The notes beneath the pieces were generated by a model. The model was not told the DNA's origin. It saw nothing but the letters and a program-made list of their open reading frames with translations, and ran no database searches. Shown here piece after piece: positions 1 to 6,995 of a DNA stretch of 11,413 nucleotides (position 1 is the stretch's first letter; every line of letters starts with the position of its first letter). The stretch lies in the IMG/VR virus record IMGVR_UViG_2568526681_000003. One strand, 5' to 3'. The stretch comes from a virus. Lineage: Duplodnaviria; Heunggongvirae; Uroviricota; Caudoviricetes. Position numbers and translations under genes: made by a program.

Positions 1-448
1 AGGCAGCACGCGCCGCCGCTTCGGTAGGAAATAAGCCAAGGTGACGGAGTACACCATCAACGCGTATGTAAGCCTCCCATTTGCTACAGCCCTTATTCCA
101 GCTATACCCCCTTGCCTTGCGTCGGTTCTGGTCGTTTTCCCGCTGCGTAACCAAGCGCAGATTGCATAGGCGGTTGTCGTCACGGATACCGTTGATGTGA
201 TCGATCTGCTTACCGTGAGGAATAGCGCCATGCGCAAGAATCCACGCCACGCGATGGGCTTTTAGCTGGTACTGCTTGCCATCAAGTCGCAGGGCAACTT
301 GACGATAGCCATCAGCTCGCCGGGTGGAGTCAGCATAGGAGCCAACCTTAACCCGGCGTCGGTTAGCTTTATGGTGCAGGCGACCTGTCACCGGGTCATA
401 CAGGAAAAGGGATCGCAACAGCTCAGGGGCGTAAGCATCATTAACCAT
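1..448 (-). CDS. HNH homing endonuclease with C-terminal AP2-like domain; partial, 3' end of gene lies beyond window start
   Basis: Own translation of minus strand from ATG at 448..446 stays open for 149 codons to the window edge: MVNDAYAPELL...HRVAWILAHGAIPHGKQIDHINGIRDDNRLCNLRLVTQRENDQN (His/Asn HNH motif) followed by GYSWNKGCSKWEAYIRVDGVLRHLGLFPTEAAARAA (AP2-like). GGAGG Shine-Dalgarno 9 nt upstream. Absent from the ORF track because it has no stop in the window. Confidence 0.8.
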   Translation of the reverse strand, partial: MVNDAYAPELLRSLFLYDPVTGRLHHKANRRRVKVGSYADSTRRADGYRQVALRLDGKQYQLKAHRVAWILAHGAIPHGKQIDHINGIRDDNRLCNLRLVTQRENDQNRRKARGYSWNKGCSKWEAYIRVDGVLRHLGLFPTEAAARAA

Positions 449-464
449 GACTCAGCCCCTCCAG

Positions 465-1460
465 CTATGCAGCTTGTCGGAAATTGATAACGCAGTCAGG
501 ACGACGCAGCCCAACGTTGAACAGGCGATATGAGTCCATCACCATCGTTATTTCGCGTTCATCATCCCACTGGCGATTGATGACGCTCTGCGCTTCGACC
601 GTCAACAGTACCGAGGAAGGTTTAAACAGCGTCGCCCTCGTCAGTGCTTCCTCTGCGGTAACGTCATAATCAGCGCCCAGTTCATGCCCGGTAATGGCTT
701 CCTGCGGGTAACTATTCAGCTCGATAACTCGCACCCCAGCGACATAGCCAACACGACGCCATGCGTAATCGTTGCCACTATCCCGGCTGTAACGGACGTT
801 CATCAGCTTCTTATGTTCCATCAGGATGCTGAACCAAGCCGGGTCGATAAGCAGTACCAGCTCCGCCACCGGAATATCTTTCTCAGTCAGGAATCGATTA
901 ACAGCAGCTTTGATAGCGTGAACCAGTTCGTTAGCCGCATCCTCTTCGCTTCCCGTTGTCAGGTCGAGCGAGACAACGTTATCCGTAAGCGGGTTAAACG
1001 TTGGTTGCAGTGTCGGCGGCGGTACGAAATCAGTCGCTTTGAGTAGCTGGATGGTGTGCGCTTCGTCGTAGAATTTAGCGTGAGCAGTACCGATATTGCG
1101 GCTCAGCTCGGCGCGAAAGGTGGGAGCTGTCCAGTCATCCTGATAGTCAATCGGGATGCGGATATAGCTCAGCGTATCCACAGAGATAACCAACTTGTCC
1201 GACTTAACGGCGGTAGGCTCCAGCGATTGCCCTGCGGTTCTGCCCTTCACCTCAAGATCACCACTCAGGCGATCAACACGATATTGGTTGCTAGCTTTCA
1301 GCGGCTTGTATGTGCTCAGCCCCTCGGCGAGAAACACGCTCTTTGCCTCAAGGCGGGTCTGAACGTCCCGGTCATACGCTTCAATGTGAATGTCGTTGTC
1401 AGCATCCACACCGCCCCAGTGCGGGCGGAATTGGTCAGGGGTATAAACATTGTCAGTCAT
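465..1460 (-). CDS. Phage major capsid protein, T7 gp10-like (HK97-fold family)
   Basis: 331-aa ORF with ATG start and GGGAG SD. C-terminal half aligns by eye with recalled T7 gp10: ELVHAIKAAVNRFLTEKDIPVAELVLLIDPAWFSIL vs EIIAALTKARAALTKNYVPAADRVFYCDPDSYSAIL, and VGLRRPDCVINF vs GGLRPEAAGAVVF. Homology is from memory, not a search. Confidence 0.65.
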   Translation of the reverse strand: MTDNVYTPDQFRPHWGGVDADNDIHIEAYDRDVQTRLEAKSVFLAEGLSTYKPLKASNQYRVDRLSGDLEVKGRTAGQSLEPTAVKSDKLVISVDTLSYIRIPIDYQDDWTAPTFRAELSRNIGTAHAKFYDEAHTIQLLKATDFVPPPTLQPTFNPLTDNVVSLDLTTGSEEDAANELVHAIKAAVNRFLTEKDIPVAELVLLIDPAWFSILMEHKKLMNVRYSRDSGNDYAWRRVGYVAGVRVIELNSYPQEAITGHELGADYDVTAEEALTRATLFKPSSVLLTVEAQSVINRQWDDEREITMVMDSYRLFNVGLRRPDCVINFRQAA

Positions 1461-1528
1461 AGAAATAGCTCCCGCGCCAGCGTTAGCCAGCGCGATTTAT
1501 GGAAAAGGGGAAAAGAGAATGTGATGAA

Positions 1529-1876
1529 TCAGGCAGCAGCTTTTTCAGCCGCGATCTCAAGAATCAGGCCGATAAGCGCGAAGGCAGGCCAATGGGGATT
1601 AAGCTCGTGCAGGTGCGCAACGCCCCCACCAAAAGCATCGCGCATATCAGCACCAGAGATGCCCGCGCGTTTGGCCGCCCGGCGCAGCAATCGCAGCTCG
1701 GAGCCGGGAACATACGCCGAGGGCATACGCACGCCGAAGCGTGAGGCGAGCCGCCGCCAGTGCGCTTCGTCAGCAAAGTCCTGCTTAAGCTGGCTGGCGT
1801 TGGCTTTCCAGTGTTCAATCCTCGCGCTACGGGCAGCCCTAGCCGCTGCCACGTTTTCAGGTGTCAGTAAGGTCAT
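1529..1876 (-). CDS. Hypothetical protein (115 aa) immediately upstream of capsid gene
   Basis: ATG-initiated ORF in operon orientation and position; no recognisable motif. Weak SD. Confidence 0.5.
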   Translation of the reverse strand: MTLLTPENVAAARAARSARIEHWKANASQLKQDFADEAHWRRLASRFGVRMPSAYVPGSELRLLRRAAKRAGISGADMRDAFGGGVAHLHELNPHWPAFALIGLILEIAAEKAAA

Positions 1877-1946
1877 TGTCAGATCTCAATGCAAAGTGGG
1901 TTTATGTGTGGTGTTTGAGAGGTAATTTCGCGTTTTACAGGTGCAG

Positions 1947-1975
1947 GTATACGAATGTACATCTGGCGATGTACA
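1947..1975. promoter_or_regulatory. Candidate operator: GTATAC palindrome plus two TGTACA palindromes 14 bp centre to centre, in the only sizeable intergenic gap of the operon
   Basis: Direct reading of GTATACgaATGTACATctggcgATGTACAa in the 160-bp gap between the scaffold-like gene and the capsid-proximal genes. No convincing sigma-70 -35/-10 pair found. Confidence 0.3.
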
Positions 1976-2035
1976 ACGCGATTCAGGCTCTAAAACGTAA
2001 GGTTAAGATGTGGGGAAGACAGGACAGGCGATTGC

Positions 2036-2731
2036 TTAACGGCCAGCGCGTTTGCCAGCGGAGCGCTGCGCAACCAGAGCGCGGTATTGATCGTCGTACT
2101 GGCGATGGCCGGGGCCATACCCTGATTGCTGCGCCCACTGCGAAAGCTGGTCATACGCCGCGATAAACTCCGCATGTGACATTCCAACAGATTGCGCGGC
2201 AGGCTGGCCGTATGGGTTTCCCTGTGCAGGAACGTACCCGGAAGCAGAACCAGCAGCCATACGTTCTTGCAGGTACTGAACCGCCCGCTGCATCTGCGCA
2301 GGGTCGCCAGACATAACCATACGTTCAAGGGTGGATTGCGTCCCAGCGTCGAGTGTGCCAGCGTACTGCAACATCGCGTCAACTGTCCCCTGCCCTAGCT
2401 GGCTTTCGACAGACTGGTGAAACTGCCCCATTAACCCTTGTAGCTCGGCGGTGTACTCAATAGCTGTTCCATCCATCAGGGGGATAGTATCGCCCACCTG
2501 CGCCCCGGCGCTGTCCGCGTTCTGGTCTTGCTGATTAGCAATGTTGCTATTATTCCATTGGCCGCCATCATTGCCGTTAACGGGCTGGGTACGGAGGAAA
2601 TCAGCATCAGAAGGCGCAGAGCTAAAGCGGGATGCGCCATTGTCAGCGCCAACAGGTGCAGCCATGTATGGCGATTGCTGCGACGCAGCATCAGCACCGG
2701 AAAGGTACGGATTAGCATTCTGGTCAGACAT
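2036..2731 (-). CDS. Low-complexity Q/A/G-rich acidic protein; putative capsid scaffolding protein
   Basis: 231-aa ORF, ATG with AGGAGA SD. N-terminal half is Q/N/A/G/D-rich and looks disordered; sits upstream of the capsid gene as scaffolds do in T7-like head modules. Function is inferred from composition and position only. Confidence 0.45.
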   Translation of the reverse strand: MSDQNANPYLSGADAASQQSPYMAAPVGADNGASRFSSAPSDADFLRTQPVNGNDGGQWNNSNIANQQDQNADSAGAQVGDTIPLMDGTAIEYTAELQGLMGQFHQSVESQLGQGTVDAMLQYAGTLDAGTQSTLERMVMSGDPAQMQRAVQYLQERMAAGSASGYVPAQGNPYGQPAAQSVGMSHAEFIAAYDQLSQWAQQSGYGPGHRQYDDQYRALVAQRSAGKRAGR

Positions 2732-2734
2732 AAA

Positions 2735-2974
2735 TTATTCTCCTGATAATGCTCTAAAGTCGTGTACCTGCGCTAACAACAGCATATGAACAGGCACACA
2801 ACGCTCCGGCAGTTTGCGTACACCGTGATACGCTTTCCCCATATCCTGACGGTCAACCTGATATGCACGGGCGAGGTCTGCCTGACTCACCTCAAGCGAT
2901 TCAGAAATCAGCTTTAATTGTGCAGCCCAGTCTGTATTCTTGCGTGGCGGCAGCAATACGATAGTTTTGCTCAT
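2735..2974 (-). CDS. Small protein (79 aa), possible helix-turn-helix DNA-binding protein
   Basis: ATG with GAGGA SD; stop 3 nt before next gene start. Segment LEVSQADLARAYQVDRQDM resembles an HTH, weakly. Confidence 0.45.
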   Translation of the reverse strand: MSKTIVLLPPRKNTDWAAQLKLISESLEVSQADLARAYQVDRQDMGKAYHGVRKLPERCVPVHMLLLAQVHDFRALSGE

Positions 2975-2986
2975 GGTAATTCCTCG

Positions 2987-3226
2987 TTAAAGTAATCCAC
3001 GTTTACGAAGCCAACGACGCTCACCAACGGAGCCGCGCGGGCGTTGTTTCGGATTCTGGTTAAGCGTTTGACCGGGGTCAGTTTGCCCATCCCCGGTCAG
3101 GTTCTGCGTTAGCACACCCCAGCCCCTTGACTCAATCGGCGCGTATCCCTCGCGCTGTTCGTCTAGGTTCGCGTATAGATCGGGATTCACTGCGGGATGC
3201 AAGAGTTCGTTATTCTCTGTCATCAC
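2987..3226 (-). CDS. Hypothetical small protein (78-79 aa), basic C-terminus
   Basis: Start is either GTG at 3226 (GTGA overlap with upstream stop) or ATG at 3223 (1-nt overlap). Either way it is translationally coupled to the upstream gene. Confidence 0.5.
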   Translation of the reverse strand: MMTENNELLHPAVNPDLYANLDEQREGYAPIESRGWGVLTQNLTGDGQTDPGQTLNQNPKQRPRGSVGERRWLRKRGLL

Positions 3227-3783
3227 TTAGTCCCGTATCGCGTGTTAACATCTTCCAGAATATCGGGATAGCCCCAGCGATTACGCATCAGGCGCAGCGC
3301 TTGAGCAGCCGCTTCGACAGGAATTTCAAGCCTTCCGGCGATCTCAGCAACAGGCCAGCCAAAGCGCTCCAGCTTGTGCGCCTCGTCAAGATCAGCGCTA
3401 GACAGGCGGCGCATCGTCTGCGGCTTCTCAGGCTTCGCTTTAACAGCTTTCGGCATCGGGTGGGTGTGGGCGTTGCTAAAGCGGGAATGTGCGATAGCCA
3501 GCACAGTCTCAGGGCGAATCAGCATATCGCGGGCAATCATAAATTCTGTATCACGGTGCAGCTTGCCGGGCTTATAGCGGCTGCGGATGGCGTTGTATTC
3601 AGCCAGAGTAATATCAGCATCGTCTTTCCACTGATCGGCCAAGTCATCGACATAGACGCCACGGATTACAGCATCAATATCGGTCATAGCATGACCAGTC
3701 TCCGCTACAATCTCTTCGTTGTTCTTGAAGTGTTTATGAGCCAGCGCGTTAATGTGCTGGATATCGGTAATGCTCAAAGTCAT
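3223..3783 (-). CDS. Putative DNA-binding protein with C-terminal sigma-70 region 4 / LuxR-like HTH
   Basis: 186-aa ORF; C-terminal LDEAHKLERFGWPVAEIAGRLEIPVEAAAQALRLMRNR fits the sigma-70 r4 / LuxR HTH pattern. Start ATG overlaps the upstream stop (ATGA). Could be a late-gene regulator or a small-terminase-like DNA-binding subunit; not resolvable here. Confidence 0.55.
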   Translation of the reverse strand: MTLSITDIQHINALAHKHFKNNEEIVAETGHAMTDIDAVIRGVYVDDLADQWKDDADITLAEYNAIRSRYKPGKLHRDTEFMIARDMLIRPETVLAIAHSRFSNAHTHPMPKAVKAKPEKPQTMRRLSSADLDEAHKLERFGWPVAEIAGRLEIPVEAAAQALRLMRNRWGYPDILEDVNTRYGTK

Positions 3784-3956
3784 ACATTAAACTCCGAATC
3801 AAAATTGATCTGGTCAGTAACCAGCGAATGAATCAGCGCAAGGCTGGATGCGGTATGTGTGCCCGACTTGCGGGCGTTGTCGTACATGAAGCGGGCTACA
3901 CGTTGATATTTCTCCGGCAACGTGGCGAACCATTGCCGGAATTGTTCAGGGGTCAT
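3780..3956 (-). CDS. Small ORF (58 aa), not in supplied ORF track
   Basis: Own translation: MTPEQFRQWFATLPEKYQRVARFMYDNARKSGTHTASSLALIHSLVTDQINFDSEFNV. Its ATG overlaps the upstream stop (ATGA at 3953-3956) and its TGA overlaps the downstream ATG (ATGA at 3780-3783), filling an otherwise unexplained 170-bp gap. Confidence 0.45.
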   Translation of the reverse strand: MTPEQFRQWFATLPEKYQRVARFMYDNARKSGTHTASSLALIHSLVTDQINFDSEFNV

Positions 3957-4162
3957 TGGTCGTCATCCTCCGGGAACACGTTGTTAAAGGTTGTATCAGG
4001 CGAGTCGGCGGCGTTCTGCTTGAGGAAGTTCACGCAGGATGACAACTCAGCAGCAGCCATGCGTGACTCTCCCGCCTCGTCCTCCTTAAGCCTGCGCGTC
4101 AACGCCCCCAGCAGCAGGGTTTTTAGTTCCCATGCTCCGGCTTCAAATTCAGATTTCGTCAT
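3953..4162 (-). CDS. Hypothetical small acidic protein (69 aa)
   Basis: ATG at 4162 overlaps stop of upstream gene (ATGA at 4159-4162); operon context. Confidence 0.5.
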   Translation of the reverse strand: MTKSEFEAGAWELKTLLLGALTRRLKEDEAGESRMAAAELSSCVNFLKQNAADSPDTTFNNVFPEDDDQ

Positions 4163-4596
4163 TGGTGGTTATCTCCAACTGGTAACAGGCCAAGCGCACG
4201 GATGTGCTGTATCACTTCTTGATGCACAGGCTTCGGCAGAAATAAACGGCGGGCAATGGCGGCGTAAACTTCATCAGGCGTCTTGCGCACTGGATGCACT
4301 CGGCCATTAAAAACCCGATCAGACAGGCGGACAGCTTTCCAGCAACGTGAGCCATCCGGCCTTTTCATGCGGTTCAGCACAGCGGCCAGACACTCCCACG
4401 GCTCGCAGTTATTGAGCAGGCAATACCGCTGTAGCGGCGTACCAGCTTGGCGCAAGATGGCCGCACGATTAAGAGTCTGGCGGTGGCGCTCAGCTAACCC
4501 ATCGAAGGAATATCCGTTCAGGGCGAAGGCAAGTTGTGCGGTGACGAGCGCATCCGCACGCGCAGCACGACGCTGCGCATGTTCGGTAACAGGCAT
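4159..4596 (-). CDS. Hypothetical protein (145 aa)
   Basis: ATG with GGAG SD 8 nt upstream, 38 bp downstream of helicase stop; no recognisable motifs. Confidence 0.6.
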   Translation of the reverse strand: MPVTEHAQRRAARADALVTAQLAFALNGYSFDGLAERHRQTLNRAAILRQAGTPLQRYCLLNNCEPWECLAAVLNRMKRPDGSRCWKAVRLSDRVFNGRVHPVRKTPDEVYAAIARRLFLPKPVHQEVIQHIRALGLLPVGDNHQ

Positions 4597-4634
4597 ATGG
4601 ATTAACTCCAGAGAATGAGGGGGAGCCTTTCGAC

Positions 4635-6479
4635 TCAGAGGTATTTAGCGATGTACTGCCAGTTGCAGTTTTCAGGGCGGTAGAAGTAAGCAAGCTCATC
4701 AGGCGCAGCATCCAGCGCCAGCGATGACCACAGCAGAAACGCGCGGGCAGGTTGACCATCGCGCCCGGCTCGTCCAATCATCTGAATGAGGTCAGGCAGG
4801 TCATCAGGAATATATGTAACGATGACGTTGCGAATGTCTGGCACATCAGCCCCCAGCCCAAAGGCTTTGGTAGCAATCAGAATCGCGCCCGGCGTAGTGG
4901 CAAACCACTCAGCGTTTGCGTGACGTTCCTCGTTACTCAGGTGCATCGTCTTCGAGTGATATGGCCGCGCCCGGTCGCCTAAGAGTTTCAGGTACGCCCG
5001 CAACGTCTTAAGGTCATTGACGAGAATGAGCGTCTTCTCTTCTTTCGACAGAGCCTCGACCAGACCAATAGCCGCACGGTATCGCTGGCGGCACTGCCTG
5101 ACCGGAATCAACTGGATATTCTCGCGAGCAACATCAGCACGGAATGTGACGTAGTCGCCACGGCATCCCAGCGCCTCCATTAAACCGCGCTCATTTTCAC
5201 GTAGTAGAGTAGCCGTAAACACGCAGCGTTGAGCCGAGGGAAAAGCATTCTGTAGTGTGTGCTGCATTGCGTCGTAAGCTGGGCGGAAATCCCAGTCTTT
5301 GACCGTGTGTGCCTCATCGATAATAAAACGATCAACGCCATAAGCCATCAGCGCCGCGAGAACCTGACTCGACGGAACCAGATGTTCAGGCGAAACAACA
5401 GCAACCCGGAACGCCCCGGCTGCTAGTCCCGCCAGTTGTTGTGCGTTGCGGTGCCTCGGTAGCTTATCGCCAAAGGCCACAGCGTGAATGCCAGCCTCCC
5501 GCAACTGGCGGAGAATCTGACGCTTAAGGGTATTAGTAGGAACCACGATTACAGACAGGCCAATGCCAGCGCGGGACTCATAAATCAATGGATAAGTGAA
5601 GGCGGCGCTTTTGCCATACCCGGTCGGCAGTACGGCAAGCACATCACTGCCACGGGAAAAGATCGCATCAGCAACAGACAACTGCCCCGGCCTCCACTCC
5701 AGCCCATCAGGTGGCAGCAGGCTAACGCGTGCGTTTCGGTCACAGCGAGCCAGCGGGCGGAACTCATACGGTGCAGTATTCAGTGCCGGCACAGACGGCG
5801 AAGCAGCCAAGCCGTTCGGGTCACAATGATGATTAGAACTATTAAATCTATCTTCGGTAGGCTTCGACTCTCCACACCACAATTGCCGAAACTCCCCTGA
5901 GTCTCCGTAGCGTTTGAAATCTGCGTTGCGCATAGCTTCCAGTTGGTTCATGCCCCGACTGATACGGCGCATGGTCTTCTCATCGCAAATCAGGAACTCG
6001 CGGCAGGCTTTGAGAAAAGCATTCTGTCCGGTTGTCGCTTCCGGCACGGCGTGCTCGCGCGGTTTCAATGCGGCATCGTCTACGCGAACACCGGGAAAAT
6101 CTGGCGGCAGCGGGTCAACATAACGAGCGGGCTTCTTATTCAACCATTGCTCAATCTCGGCGCGTCGGCAATGAATCGCGTCGCCGGGCTGGATGACTTG
6201 CCGCAACCCAGTGTCAGAGCGCTGTTTTTGTTTCTTCGGTTGAACACCGTGCAGCGTTCGCCACTCCCGCAAGGTCATCGCGGAGCCATCTGCATTGTAA
6301 TAAAACTCTTCGGTCTTTGTGTTGTATGCCGCCTTAACGGGTTTACGCTTTACAGGGCATATCTTGGAACGTCGAATAACAATCCCGTCAGCGATCATTT
6401 GCTGTACATCTGCGTTCGCAGTATTGAGCGGGTCAGCGTCGGCAGCTTGCACAAGCAGGCGGCGTAGGTTTGTTGGCAT
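4635..6479 (-). CDS. Superfamily-2 DNA helicase, RecQ-like core with ~280-aa N-terminal domain of unknown function
   Basis: 614-aa ORF, ATG with GGAGA SD. Motifs: Walker A LPTGYGKS, motif II IIDEAHTVKDWDFRPAY (compare RecQ DEAHCISQWGHDFRPEY as recalled), motif III FTAT, motif VI MIGRAGRDGQ. N-terminal 280 aa is Cys-containing with no match I recognise. Confidence 0.88.
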   Translation of the reverse strand: MPTNLRRLLVQAADADPLNTANADVQQMIADGIVIRRSKICPVKRKPVKAAYNTKTEEFYYNADGSAMTLREWRTLHGVQPKKQKQRSDTGLRQVIQPGDAIHCRRAEIEQWLNKKPARYVDPLPPDFPGVRVDDAALKPREHAVPEATTGQNAFLKACREFLICDEKTMRRISRGMNQLEAMRNADFKRYGDSGEFRQLWCGESKPTEDRFNSSNHHCDPNGLAASPSVPALNTAPYEFRPLARCDRNARVSLLPPDGLEWRPGQLSVADAIFSRGSDVLAVLPTGYGKSAAFTYPLIYESRAGIGLSVIVVPTNTLKRQILRQLREAGIHAVAFGDKLPRHRNAQQLAGLAAGAFRVAVVSPEHLVPSSQVLAALMAYGVDRFIIDEAHTVKDWDFRPAYDAMQHTLQNAFPSAQRCVFTATLLRENERGLMEALGCRGDYVTFRADVARENIQLIPVRQCRQRYRAAIGLVEALSKEEKTLILVNDLKTLRAYLKLLGDRARPYHSKTMHLSNEERHANAEWFATTPGAILIATKAFGLGADVPDIRNVIVTYIPDDLPDLIQMIGRAGRDGQPARAFLLWSSLALDAAPDELAYFYRPENCNWQYIAKYL

Positions 6480-6940
6480 GGTGAAATCTCCAGAAAATAG
6501 GGGTAGGTATTAGCTCAGGTTGGGGCGGTGGTACAGTTGCGGCAGACTCTCTGCCCTTATAGAGGTTTTCATGTCGGCAACAGTGTCAGTGTCTTTATCT
6601 GCCTTAATAGTCACTTTCAAAATCGGAGAGTTTGTCTCGCTTCGGGAGTTATTCTTTCTCCTTAGTAGATACTTTCATTAGGTCAATTTTTAACCACCTC
6701 CTCGCTAAGCCTTACTGAGCCTGGGCTGGCAATACTTAACAACGCGATTTTTGTCGGTCAAAAGCGGGAAAGTAATGCTCTATATCTCCTTATTAGTAGC
6801 CTTTAAAATTAAAAATATAAGTTACTGATATCAATAGATAATTATGAAAGTGACTATAGTGATAAGTATCGCTAGATACGCAGAGCGAGCGCGGCGCAGC
6901 CGAAACAAGCGAGCGCCGAACGGATGACGGATGGCAGACC

Positions 6941-6995
6941 GTAGGACTGACAGACGGCAGACAGTGAAGACAGTAGGACAGGTGACAGACAGTAG
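6941..6995. repeat. Cluster of GACAG pentamer repeats (six copies in 6949-6992) plus duplicated GTAGGAC and CAGTAG motifs; iteron-like
   Basis: Direct reading: GACAG at 6949, 6960, 6969, 6977, 6984, 6988; GTAGGAC at 6941 and 6974. Lies in a T-depleted purine-rich stretch of the plus strand (~6880-7350). Confidence 0.6.

Noticed and set aside
299-487. 62-aa plus-strand ORF
   Set aside because: It overlaps the HNH endonuclease gene on the opposite strand, which has clear catalytic motifs.
1056-1925. 289-aa plus-strand ORF
   Set aside because: It is antisense to the well-supported capsid gene and the 115-aa gene, and its Arg/Ala/Ser-rich composition is typical of a reverse-frame artefact in GC-rich coding DNA.
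1877-2035. P2/P4-type late promoter (TGT-N12-ACA activator site) upstream of the capsid-proximal genes
   Set aside because: I checked the spacing on the minus strand; the TGT and ACA triplets present do not fall at N12 spacing, so I report the TGTACA palindromes only as a generic operator candidate.
3127-3831. 234-aa plus-strand ORF
   Set aside because: It lies antisense across three translationally coupled minus-strand genes and has no independent support.
5943-6467. 174-aa plus-strand ORF, and other plus-strand ORFs at 5484-6123
   Set aside because: All lie antisense within the helicase gene, which has unambiguous conserved motifs.
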